DNA of 64,000 nucleotides from a virus: IMG/VR virus record IMGVR_UViG_3300025012_000047, positions 35,171 to 99,170 of that record; one strand, 5' to 3'. Shown piece by piece: positions 1 to 9,548 of this stretch (position 1 is its first letter; each line of letters starts with the position of its first letter). The notes under the pieces were generated by a model. It saw only the letters and a program-made list of their open reading frames with translations, ran no database searches and was not told where the DNA came from. The position numbers and the translations under genes were made by a program.

Positions 1-27
1 TAACCACAGTCTCCTTATTAAAACAAA

Positions 28-452
28 CTAACCAGAAGCAAAGCAAGATATAGACTATTTATCCAAACATCTGAAATTAGATGTTAAATCTTATTTCAAA
101 ATTAAAGCTAAAATAATGCAAGATTGTGTAGATTTACTTTACATAACTGGAAACATGAAGAACAAGCAAGTTTTACTTTGATAGTAAAATAATAAATCGC
201 TAATCATTTTCGTAAAACGTAAAATCATTATTCACAAATTCGATATGACATTATTCATTATAAAGCAAATACGATAATCGTTTCGCTAATCACTCTATGA
301 ATAAATTTTAGGATTAAATTCTAAAGAACAAATAATAAAGAAATTATAGTATTTTAAAAATACTCTCTTAGAAATAAGAGGATAGTGATTTTAATAATAA
401 ATACAACTCAATTACTCATAAAATAGTCCTATTTTGCTTGCTTTTTGGTTAG
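28..452. repeat. ~425 bp element bracketed by ~32 bp imperfect inverted repeats, hairpin-rich
   Basis: 28-60 CTAACCAGAAGCAAAGCAAGATATAGACTATTT versus the reverse complement of 421-452 CTAACCAAAAAGCAAGCAAAATAGGACTATTT. Internal hairpins include AACATCT/AGATGTT (66-85) and TTATTCAT/ATGAATAA. Confidence 0.6.
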
Positions 453-558
453 ATATATTTTCAATTAATGGATACATTGAAGAAATACGAAAAGTTATGA
501 CTCAATGTTGAAATAGTAGGAGAACTACTAAAAGTTATTTTCCTGCAAGAATTCAAAT

Positions 559-843
559 AAGGCAACTGCAATAACACATAGTGGTTGCCTTCATACATTA
601 CGACAAACAGGGAGCAAATGACCGTCTCCCTTACATATCAATATGGAAGTAGTTTCGTAAACTGACTTCATCGAGGCACATGGTAAATATCCTCTAATAA
701 TACTGATTAGTCCTTTATGGACTTCACGTTGACTACGTGGTAACTGATTTGGCATTACGCCAGTGGTTTGCTCATTTATCCATTTAAAAAATGAGTATAT
801 TATACTAAATAGGTTTTGCCGTATAACCTAGATAAAAACGGCA
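559..843 (+). ncRNA. Candidate multi-hairpin structured RNA ending in an H-type pseudoknot
   Basis: About nine consecutive stems in a GC-enriched intergenic stretch. The last stem TAGGTT/AACCTA has loop TGCCGT (817-822), complementary to ACGGCA (838-843). Confidence 0.5.
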
Positions 844-935
844 TTAACAATCAAAGAAAAACTGTATTTTATTGGAGGAGTCGATATTCTCTTACTGTAG
901 AGTCGATGAAATTTAAAAAGGAGATGGTTAGATTA

Positions 936-1619
936 TTGTTAAATACTAAAAATAACATTGGCATAATTAAAGTTGATGATAATCACAAAAATATTGTTTA
1001 TGAAATCAAAGATAATGGATGTCATGAAATAATAAGTCATGCTTCAAGTGGCAATAGTGGATATTTCAAAATTAAAATCAATGGTAAGGCGTATGATATA
1101 CATAGATGGTATTATATTAAAATACATCCTGAAATTGATATGACAAATTTGGATGTCAGACATAAATGTGATAATAGACAATGTATTAATCCAGATCATT
1201 TAGAACATGGTACTAGAAAAGAAAATGTTAATGATATGTTGATAAGAAATAGACAATATTCCGAGTTGTCTGAACAAGAAGTTTTTGACATTATTAATAA
1301 ATATAACACAGGAATTTATAATTATGCTGATTTATCTAAAATTTATGGAGTAGTAAGTAACACAATCAGACATATTTGTATGGGGAAAACTTGGAAGCAT
1401 TTAACAGGAATTAAATTGGATGATTATCAATCAATACATAATAAATCAGAAAAACAATCTGACGAAAAATATATTTATTGGGATAAGATTAATTATAGAT
1501 GGAGGGTAGTTATCTTAGTGAATGGAAATAAAATAAATATAGGACGATTTAAAGATTTGAGAGAAGCAATTACAGAAAGAGATAAAGGTTTGCTTAGATA
1601 TAACAATATCATATTATAA
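936..1619 (+). CDS. HNH homing endonuclease with C-terminal AP2-like DNA-binding domain
   Basis: HNH motif VRHKCDNRQCINPDHLEHGTRKENVND and AP2-like IYWDK..RWRV..IGRFKDLREAI..RD. Probable TTG start at 936 after AAGGAG (ORF track opens at 816). Confidence 0.85.
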   Translation: MLNTKNNIGIIKVDDNHKNIVYEIKDNGCHEIISHASSGNSGYFKIKINGKAYDIHRWYYIKIHPEIDMTNLDVRHKCDNRQCINPDHLEHGTRKENVNDMLIRNRQYSELSEQEVFDIINKYNTGIYNYADLSKIYGVVSNTIRHICMGKTWKHLTGIKLDDYQSIHNKSEKQSDEKYIYWDKINYRWRVVILVNGNKINIGRFKDLREAITERDKGLLRYNNIIL

Positions 1620-1654
1620 TTTATTCTCTACAAGGAGGATTAAACAATAATAAA

Positions 1655-1795
1655 ATGAAAGAAACTAATATTATAGATTCAATTAATGAAGATACATTAT
1701 GCCCTGTATGCTTCAAAAATAGGTTCTGGTTAAAGTTTTATTGTGGTAAGACAATATTATGGTGTGCTGATTGTGGTTATTTTATAATAATTTGA
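1655..1795 (+). CDS. 46-aa zinc-ribbon protein (not in ORF track)
   Basis: AAGGAGG upstream; MKETNIIDSINEDTLCPVCFKNRFWLKFYCGKTILWCADCGYFIII has two CxxC pairs. Confidence 0.6.
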   Translation: MKETNIIDSINEDTLCPVCFKNRFWLKFYCGKTILWCADCGYFIII

Positions 1796-1844
1796 TTTAC
1801 AATATATAAATAATATTTTATAAATAACTATGAGGAGGAATATA

Positions 1845-2597
1845 ATGCTAGAAATAAATCAAGTATATAATTCTGATTGCATTAAAGAAAATGGCATGTG
1901 TTTGATAGATGATAAGAGTATTGACTTAATCCTCTGTGACCTACCATATGGAACAACTGCAAGAAATAAATGGGATCATATTATTCCTCCTGATAAATTG
2001 TGGGAGCAATATGAGAGAATAATTAAAGATAATGGAGCAATAGCTCTAACAGCACAAACTCCATTTGATAAGGTGTTAGGTGTTAGTAATTTAAAATTAC
2101 TCAGATATGAATGGATTTGGGAAAAAACATCTGCAACAGGACATCTTAATGCTAAGAAAATGCCAATGAAAGCTCATGAAAATATTTTAGTATTCTATAA
2201 GAAACTTCCTACATATAATCCACAGAAGACATTTGGGCATGAAAGAAAAGTAAGTAAAGCAGAACATAAAGTTAATTGTGTAATGACATCAAATTATAAT
2301 GAACATGGATTGACTACTTATGATAGTACAGAGAGATATCCTAGAAGTGTTTTGCTGTTTCCAACTGATAAGCAAAAAGAGGCAATTCACCCGACACAAA
2401 AACCTATAGCATTATTTGAATATCTAATAAAAACTTATACAAATGAAAATGATTTAGTATTAGATAATTGCATGGGGTCATTTACAACTGCTGTAGCATG
2501 TGAAAATATTAATAGAAATTACATAGGGTTTGAGAATGACGAAAAGTATTATGAGTTAGGAATGAAGAGGTTAGAGGAATTACATAAATTAAACTAA
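1845..2597 (+). CDS. Orphan N6-adenine/N4-cytosine DNA methyltransferase (beta class)
   Basis: DLPY catalytic motif, HPTQKP and VLDNCMGSFTT SAM-binding motif; AGGAGG RBS before ATG 1845. Confidence 0.9.
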   Translation: MLEINQVYNSDCIKENGMCLIDDKSIDLILCDLPYGTTARNKWDHIIPPDKLWEQYERIIKDNGAIALTAQTPFDKVLGVSNLKLLRYEWIWEKTSATGHLNAKKMPMKAHENILVFYKKLPTYNPQKTFGHERKVSKAEHKVNCVMTSNYNEHGLTTYDSTERYPRSVLLFPTDKQKEAIHPTQKPIALFEYLIKTYTNENDLVLDNCMGSFTTAVACENINRNYIGFENDEKYYELGMKRLEELHKLN

Positions 2598-2666
2598 TAA
2601 ATAATTATTTGCATTATTATACTAAGTATGATATTATTAGGTAAATAAATAATATGATTAAAGGAG

Positions 2667-2879
2667 TTGATAATTATGCCTGAAGAAAATATGAAATATA
2701 TTTATAACGTAGATCAAGCCAATTACTATATTTCTGAAGGTTGTAGAGTTCTAGGTACTGGTAGACACCATCAAACAAAGAATGTATTTTTTATGTTTAA
2801 TCATAATGATACACAAATCGCATATGAAAAATGGTGTAAAAAATGTCAAGAATATAAATTGCAAAAGGTTTGTAAATAA
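2667..2879 (+). CDS. Small DUF5659-like protein (paralogue 1)
   Basis: YIYNVDQANYYISEG...TG.H..TK.VFFMF...Y..W, similar to 27187, 30142 and 63888. Upstream TTGCAT-N17-TATTAT promoter-like site (2609-2637). Confidence 0.7.
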   Translation: MIIMPEENMKYIYNVDQANYYISEGCRVLGTGRHHQTKNVFFMFNHNDTQIAYEKWCKKCQEYKLQKVCK

Positions 2880-2967
2880 ATATTACAATAATTAAATAAG
2901 AATTCAAGCAAACACTTGGTTAAGTTAAACTAAGTGTTTATTTTGTTGTGCCAATATAGGATTAAGG

Positions 2968-4443
2968 ATGGTAAAATATATGAAAAAGAAACTAAGAGTA
3001 AGTGATGTTGTAACAGGAGAACAAATAAAAATATGGGACTTAGGGGACATTATAACAATAAAAGCAGGTACAGGTGTAGGGAAAAGTTGGTTAATCAAGA
3101 ACACGCTTTATAATATTGCAAAAGCTGAAAACAAGAAAATATTAATGCTTTTACATAGAAGTAATTGCACAGAACAATTTATTAACGAAATATCAAGAGA
3201 TAATAAATCAGATGTAATAGATATAAAAACATATCAAAAATTAGAATACAAAGAACTGAAGCAATATTTCAATGATTTAAGTGAATACAAATACATTGTC
3301 TGTGATGAATTTCATTATTTTATGAGTGACGCATCTTTTTCAAAAACAACAGATATGTCATTTGATTTGATATTAAGCCAATCATCAGCAATAAAGATAT
3401 TTATGAGTGCTACTGGTGATCAAATGAAAAGATTTATCAATGAAAACAAGGGAATAGAAACAATAGATTATGAATTACCAATTGACTTTGATTTCATTGA
3501 GGATTTATTTTTCTTCCATAATGATGAGACATTTGATATGTTTATGGACGAAATAATTACAAGAAACGAGAAAGCAATATTATTTATTCAGTCTGCAAAG
3601 AAAGCATACGAATTAGTTAAGAAATATAAAGATTATTGTTTATTTAATTGTAGCAAACATAATAGTGATTATTATAAATATGTGGATAAAACAAAAATTA
3701 AGGAAATGTTAAAGAGTGAAAAATTTGAGGAATTAATACTTATTACAACGACATGTATGGATGCAGGGGTTAACTTGGTTGATAAGGAAATACTACATGT
3801 CATATGTGAGGTAGAGGATACAGGAGTTTTAATTCAGTGCATGGGTAGAAAACGGATACAAGATGAAGATGATAAAATTCATTTGTATATTAAAGTCATT
3901 AGCAATAATTCTTTAGGAGGAAAAGAAACTCAATTAAAGAAAAAGATACATATGGCTAATTTTCTGAAAGAACATACAGTTAAAGAATTTATAGAAGAAT
4001 TTCCAAGACAATATGATTATTCTAATATGGTTTATGACAATGTTGTATCAGAAAATAATAAAGGGACAAAGAAAATAAATGAGTTAATGTTTTTCAAATG
4101 CGAAGAGGATTTATCTGAAATATTAACTATAAAAGGATATGGAAAATATGGTTATTGTAAATATATTCAATCTATATTTGGAGTTGAATTTTACAATATG
4201 ATTGAAGAACAAAGTGCAATTGACGAGTTAGAGAAATATTTAGAAAGTATTATAGGGAAAAAATTATACAAAGAAGAACAAAAAGAATTAATTGAGAAAA
4301 TTGATTTAAAAGTGAACAGAAGACTACAAAAAAGTTATGATAAATTAAATGATGGGTTAAAAATGATTGAATTAAATTATATAATATTACCAAAGAAAAG
4401 TAATAATAAGAGATATTGGATTGTTGAAAAAATAGATTTATAA
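2968..4443 (+). CDS. Superfamily 2 (DExH) helicase, possible origin-binding replication protein
   Basis: Walker A AGTGVGKS, DEFH, SAT, TTCMDAGVNL and QCMGRKR motifs. Confidence 0.85.
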   Translation: MVKYMKKKLRVSDVVTGEQIKIWDLGDIITIKAGTGVGKSWLIKNTLYNIAKAENKKILMLLHRSNCTEQFINEISRDNKSDVIDIKTYQKLEYKELKQYFNDLSEYKYIVCDEFHYFMSDASFSKTTDMSFDLILSQSSAIKIFMSATGDQMKRFINENKGIETIDYELPIDFDFIEDLFFFHNDETFDMFMDEIITRNEKAILFIQSAKKAYELVKKYKDYCLFNCSKHNSDYYKYVDKTKIKEMLKSEKFEELILITTTCMDAGVNLVDKEILHVICEVEDTGVLIQCMGRKRIQDEDDKIHLYIKVISNNSLGGKETQLKKKIHMANFLKEHTVKEFIEEFPRQYDYSNMVYDNVVSENNKGTKKINELMFFKCEEDLSEILTIKGYGKYGYCKYIQSIFGVEFYNMIEEQSAIDELEKYLESIIGKKLYKEEQKELIEKIDLKVNRRLQKSYDKLNDGLKMIELNYIILPKKSNNKRYWIVEKIDL

Positions 4444-4444
4444 T

Positions 4445-4650
4445 ATTTTAGGGACAAAATTGTTGCAACCCTTCTTTAAGAGGCTTGCACCATAATTGTC
4501 CCTAAAATAAAAAATAAATTAAATAATGTCTTCCCGACTAGGGACAAATTTAAAAATGATAAATTATAATAGAACGAAACGAAGTAAGGTCTTGTAACGC
4601 TTTGTCGCGTTACGCTTGCATAATTTCTAGCTATCGCGTCGAAATTCTGG
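4445..4650. other. Putative replication-origin-like region after the SF2 helicase
   Basis: 13-bp IR ATTTTAGGGACAA (4445-4457)/TTGTCCCTAAAAT (4496-4508), a third TAGGGACAAA near 4539, and a hairpin with GCTATCGC loop (4622-4646). Confidence 0.5.
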
Positions 4651-4722
4651 AAATATTCTTTAATCTAATTTTTCTTTTTGTATGTAATAAAAATAAATAT
4701 ATAGGGTGGTATTAATAACACA

Positions 4723-5604
4723 TTGGATAGTAAATTGATTGACATCTGTTACCAGAAATATAATAAGAAAATATCTGATTCATGGGATTATTTGGCAAAA
4801 ACTTGGAATTATACCAGTGGAGAAGCTTTAAGGAGCAAATTCAAGAAATATCGCAAAGCAAATGGAATATTAAAAGCAAAAGATATTATTAATAGTGTAA
4901 TTATTGGTAATGGTGATAGAGAATTAATTACTCCTGCTCCTGCTCCTATTAATAATTATAAAGAATCTGTAGAAATTAAAAGTGATAACTCTCAAATTTC
5001 TGATAAATTATTAGAAATGAGTCTTGCAGAATCTAAAGATGTTGATTTTGTTTTAAAATCACATGGTTATGATTGTAACTTATTCGAGTTGGTAAGTGCT
5101 AAGAACAGTATGTGGAATATGAATACTAAGGCAGATGGGATAAAGACTCTTTATGCTAGTAAAATTGCTGTAAAGCCTAAAACAGAATATCAATGGAATG
5201 AAGCAGATGCAAAAAAGATTTTTACTAAATTAAAAACATATACAAGAAATAAATCTAGTATTAAACCATTGTAATATAAACAAAATGGAAAATTACTTAT
5301 TATTCCTATTTGCGACTTCCGCTTAAATCTATTATCAGACAAATTATCAACAGGAAATGAATATAATATGCAAATTGCAGAAGATATATTCTTTCAGGTA
5401 ATTAATGATGTAATTGATAGAGTTGAAGAAAAAACTTTTGAGAAGATTTTATTTGTAGTTGGAAACGATTTTATTACGGCAGATAACACAAATGGAACCA
5501 CAACTCGTTTCACACCACAAGAAACAGCGGAATCATGGTTTAAAGCAGTCCATAAGGCTACAGAATTAATTAATGGAGTTCATCTAATAAAAAATGGTAT
5601 GTAA
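4723..5604 (+). pseudogene. Disrupted metallophosphoesterase-like phage protein (SPbeta YonJ-like)
   Basis: ORFs 4723-5274 and 5368-5604 are in one frame, separated only by TAA 5272-5274. The read-through LLIIPICDF...FVVGNDF is phosphoesterase-like. The gene is truncated near 5572. Confidence 0.65.
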
Positions 5605-6534
5605 ATAAAGGTTATGTTTATACTAAAATGAGTGATGAGTTCGAAGTGAAAGTAGATGATTTATCTAATGGTTCTCATGTATTAGTTGAAGTGAGATGTG
5701 ATGGTTGTATGGGGTATAGATACTTTTGGTAAAGATTTTCTTGATAAATATTGGGATTATAATAAAAACACAGTTAATCCTTGGGAGATATCAAGATGTG
5801 CAAACAAACCAAAAGTATGGATTAAGTGCCAAGAAAAAGATTATCATGGAAGTTATCCAATAATTTGTAATGGGTTTATAAATAAAGTTAGATGCCCTTA
5901 TTGCCATAGTAGAGGTAGTGTACATAAGATACATAAATTAGATAGTTTAGGATCATTATTTTTAAAATCTGCTGCAGTTTGGTCTAATAAAAATGAAAAA
6001 ACACCTTTTGAATATTCCCCTTTTAGCATTAAAGAAGTTTGGTGGAAGTGTCCTGATGGTAAACACGAAGATTATAAAAGAAAAATATCTGACTCAAATA
6101 CTTACAAATTTAGATGTCCTGAATGTCAATATTCTAAAGGAGAAGATAGAATAGGAATACATTTAATAAATAATAATTGGAAGAAAATCATACAAGAAGA
6201 GTATGAAAAATTATTAAAAATAAATGAAGATAATTATTATATTCCACAAAAAACTTTTAATAGATTATTAGGTTTAGGAGGAAAATTATTATCTTATGAT
6301 TTTTATATCCCTAAATTAAATTTACTTATAGAATATCAAGGAGACCAGCATGAAAAACCTATAGATTTCAAAGGTAAAGGTAAAAAATATGCAGAGGAAC
6401 AATTTGAAATTCAAAAAGAACATGACAAAAGAAAGAAAGAATATGCATTGCAAAACGGATATAATTTTCTAGAAATTTGGTATTGGGAATTTGATAATAT
6501 TGAAGAGATTATAAATAATTATATTAATGTATAA
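5573..6534 (+). pseudogene. Deleted/frameshifted zinc-ribbon plus PD-(D/E)XK (Vsr/DUF559-like) endonuclease
   Basis: An N-terminal fragment WSSSNKKWYVNKGY..DEFEVKVDDLSNGSHVLVEVRCDGC (from ~5574) is out of frame with 5698-6534, which carries CPYC/CPEC ribbons and YDFYIPKLNLLIEYQGDQH. Confidence 0.65.
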
Positions 6535-6571
6535 TAAAATTAAAACCGAAAGATTTATGAGGTATACTTAA

Positions 6572-7057
6572 ATGAGTTTTCAGAAAATAAAATTTGAAAA
6601 AATTATTAACAATAGTGAAGTACAACATTTGATAAATGGGAAATATGTTGATAAAGAAACTTATGAATCTTTACTAAATGACGACACCTTATATGTCATG
6701 CCTCCATTACCTAAAATGAATGGTTCTCCTGAAAATAGTAATCCACCCAAACCAAGCAATGTCACTAATATTAATAAATATAATTCTAGTGATTCAGAAT
6801 ATGAATCTAATGAAGAATGTGATTGCCCTCAATGTCAAGAATTGTTAGATATAATTTATACCATTAGAGAAATGGATAATTATGAAGCAAAGGAATTATT
6901 AACTAATTACATAGACGCGATAAAAACAAAAACTGGTTTAGAAACATCTACTGAAATATATAGTCAACTTGGTAATGGAATGATTAAGGTTTCTGCTCAG
7001 TTAGATGTGCAATTAGATAATTTTATGAGTCAATTTGATGTTGTTGAAGAAGAGTAG
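6572..7057 (+). CDS. Hypothetical phage protein (CxCxxC motif)
   Basis: ORF with GAGGT RBS and ECDCPQC. Confidence 0.6.
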   Translation: MSFQKIKFEKIINNSEVQHLINGKYVDKETYESLLNDDTLYVMPPLPKMNGSPENSNPPKPSNVTNINKYNSSDSEYESNEECDCPQCQELLDIIYTIREMDNYEAKELLTNYIDAIKTKTGLETSTEIYSQLGNGMIKVSAQLDVQLDNFMSQFDVVEEE

Positions 7058-7130
7058 TTAGAGTTTATTGAATTAATTTATGTTAACTTTATAATAATAA
7101 AAATAAATAATAAAGGCAGGAATATTAACT

Positions 7131-7880
7131 ATGCAAATTAATAAACAAAAATATACATTATCTCAAGTTGAAGAAATTATCGACAACCACTTAGACTCTG
7201 AACAAAATTTAATGTTTATTTGTGACTTCTCAGTAGCACATTATATTTATGATTATATCCATAATGACTATGGAATAGATGCTGAGTGTATGGAATTGTC
7301 AAGTAATGTTGATGAATATTATGTAAGTTTACAATTTTATAAAGATGAAGAAATTGGTTTCTTTTGTGAATTTGCTAGATGTAATGATGGAACTTATAAA
7401 TATGACGAAGTTGATAATATAGATTACTACGTGATGTCAAATATGTCGTTCGGAGATGTTAGGGAATTCTTAGCAGGTAAGGGAAGAGTAATATTTTGTG
7501 AGTTTGATGATGAGAGTAATGTGGAAGAATTGGTTACTGAGGATGAATCATATCTCTGTAAGTGTTGTTCTTGCGATAATGATGATTGTGATGAGTATAA
7601 TTGTACATGTGGTAAACCTGATTGTTGTGATAATGAGTTATTAGAAGATGAGAATTGTGTTCCTTGTCCTTGCGTCTCATGTAAATCTGCTAGAGGTGAA
7701 TTTACTCCAGAGGAAGAATATGAAATTGGATTAGTAGAACATTATGCTCAGTATATTGAAAATAGTGAGTGTGAGTGCGGATCGCAATTAAGGAATATTC
7801 TTTATAGTATGTTACAGGAATGTATGTCTATGGGGTATGAAAATGCTAAGGATGAGATGAGGGAGTTTTTAAAGGATTAG
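7131..7880 (+). CDS. Hypothetical acidic, Cys-rich phage protein
   Basis: Long ORF with a CKCCSC..CTCGKPDCC..CVPCPCVSC cluster. Confidence 0.65.
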   Translation: MQINKQKYTLSQVEEIIDNHLDSEQNLMFICDFSVAHYIYDYIHNDYGIDAECMELSSNVDEYYVSLQFYKDEEIGFFCEFARCNDGTYKYDEVDNIDYYVMSNMSFGDVREFLAGKGRVIFCEFDDESNVEELVTEDESYLCKCCSCDNDDCDEYNCTCGKPDCCDNELLEDENCVPCPCVSCKSARGEFTPEEEYEIGLVEHYAQYIENSECECGSQLRNILYSMLQECMSMGYENAKDEMREFLKD

Positions 7881-7923
7881 ATAATATAAAATCTAAGTTT
7901 TAAATGGGAGGGAATTATTATTA

Positions 7924-8091
7924 ATGAATAAAATGACTAAGAATATTATAGATGGAATAATTGGTGATATTACCATGAGAAGTGGTCTTGGCGATGTGTG
8001 GGATCAAATAGACGAAGGAACAAAAATAGATATTACAAAAGAATGGGAAAGAATTATTACAAAAGAATTGAAATTTTATGGATTGATTTAA
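7924..8091 (+). CDS. 55-aa hypothetical protein (not in ORF track)
   Basis: GGGAGGG RBS; MNKMTKNIIDGIIGDITMRSGLGDVWDQIDEGTKIDITKEWERIITKELKFYGLI. Confidence 0.55.
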   Translation: MNKMTKNIIDGIIGDITMRSGLGDVWDQIDEGTKIDITKEWERIITKELKFYGLI

Positions 8092-8242
8092 TGTTTTGGT
8101 AATTTAATATTTATTTTGCTATAGATAGTACTCCTAGCTTTTAGTTAGGAGTATTTTTGTGTAACAAAATAAGTTATACAAATAAGGTAGTGTCTTACCA
8201 CTAAAATATTGGGTCATGTCCTACCATGAGAAGGAGAAATAT

Positions 8243-9349
8243 ATGATAACTAAGGAACTATTAAACAAAAATAGAGTATTAACCATGTCAAACAATCGTA
8301 AATGTGATTATCTAATTGTGGATGTATCTTCCACCACAGGTAATAATAGAGACATTACAACTATGATGGCAATTAATACACAAGGAAATAGGAAAGATAT
8401 TCTAGTCATCAAAACATTTATAGGAAAATCTTTTGCAGAACTTGTAGATGAAGCATATTGGTTGTGTTGTGAGTTCGGTATACAGATTATTTTAGTAGAT
8501 AAATCAGGTATGGGATTAGGATTTATTGAACAATTTGAGATGAATATAAATCCAAATAATGTTTCTGTAAGAGGATTAGATGGAAGAAAAATATATCAAA
8601 ATATAAATATTAATGAAATAAAGAAAGATTTACAATATGGTAATTTGAGATTCTTACAAACACCAGAATTAGCTATGGTTAGTTATATGAAACCATTTTT
8701 AGGATTATCAAATATTATGGATTCACATAGAGAAACTAGTGAATTAATTAATGAGATAAATAATCTTGAGATCAAAATGAGATTAGATAAAATTGTTTTA
8801 AGTGGTTTAGATGAAACTATTGGTAAAGGAAGATTGAATTGTTTATTAGCGTTTTATTCTTATCCAATGAATATGGCATCAGAATTAGAAGATGACAGTA
8901 AGGGGAATAAAGAAAGATATGATGTTGCTAAAAGGAATAATAAATATGAAATAATTCATGGTATTTTTTATAAGTATATGTTTAAGTGTATTGAAAATAA
9001 GCATATTAAGGTAATATTTTATCATAATGGTCAGCACAAAATACAGAAGTTTCAAGATATAACTGAAGAAGATCAATTTAGAAGTTTATTTCTAAAAGAT
9101 ATAAAAAGTATAAGTAAATCAAAAGATCGTTTTGAGATTATTTTTTATAATGGAAGTATAATACAATTTATGTACGCTAGTGATAATGCAAGGGGATATA
9201 GAAGTCATTATGCTGTTGTGGATACTGAAATTGATAGAGAAACATTTGATAATGTAATTAGATTTAAAACTATGTTGTTTGATGTGGAAAAAGAAAAAAG
9301 TTATGGGAGAATAGAGAATATTTATAATATTGATTATATAGAGATGTAG
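8243..9349 (+). CDS. Terminase-large-subunit paralogue with swapped domain order, probably inactive
   Basis: The N-terminal part aligns by eye with the TerL nuclease domain (YLIVDVS, ILVDKSGMG, LINEINNLE). The C-terminal part aligns with a TerL ATPase segment (FYNGSII..DNARGYRSHYAVVD). AAGGAG RBS before ATG 8243. Confidence 0.65.
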   Translation: MITKELLNKNRVLTMSNNRKCDYLIVDVSSTTGNNRDITTMMAINTQGNRKDILVIKTFIGKSFAELVDEAYWLCCEFGIQIILVDKSGMGLGFIEQFEMNINPNNVSVRGLDGRKIYQNININEIKKDLQYGNLRFLQTPELAMVSYMKPFLGLSNIMDSHRETSELINEINNLEIKMRLDKIVLSGLDETIGKGRLNCLLAFYSYPMNMASELEDDSKGNKERYDVAKRNNKYEIIHGIFYKYMFKCIENKHIKVIFYHNGQHKIQKFQDITEEDQFRSLFLKDIKSISKSKDRFEIIFYNGSIIQFMYASDNARGYRSHYAVVDTEIDRETFDNVIRFKTMLFDVEKEKSYGRIENIYNIDYIEM

Positions 9350-9443
9350 ATATATGTAATTTAATGTTTTGTGGATAAGTCGATAATCCAAGCAGAAATG
9401 TTTGGATTATTTGTTATTCACAGGAATATTGTGGATCAAAGTT

Positions 9444-9540
9444 GAGAGGTAATTTGGGAGTAGCTACCCATCTCTACACGCCTCTCTTCTTTATATTTTT
9501 AAGTTTTAGTGTAGAGAGAAATAAATGTGTAGAAAGAAGG
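9444..9540 (+). promoter_or_regulatory. Structured leader RNA, copy 1
   Basis: P1 GAGAGGT/GCCTCTC; P2 TGGG-AGTAGCTA-CCCA; TCTCTACAC (9471-9479) complementary to GTGTAGAGA (9509-9517) and GTGTAGA (9527-9533). Confidence 0.7.
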
Positions 9541-9548
9541 AAATAAAG

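Noticed and set aside
810-843. preQ1-I riboswitch
   Set aside because: Similar H-type topology, but the loop lacks the recognisable preQ1 consensus and no queuosine gene follows.
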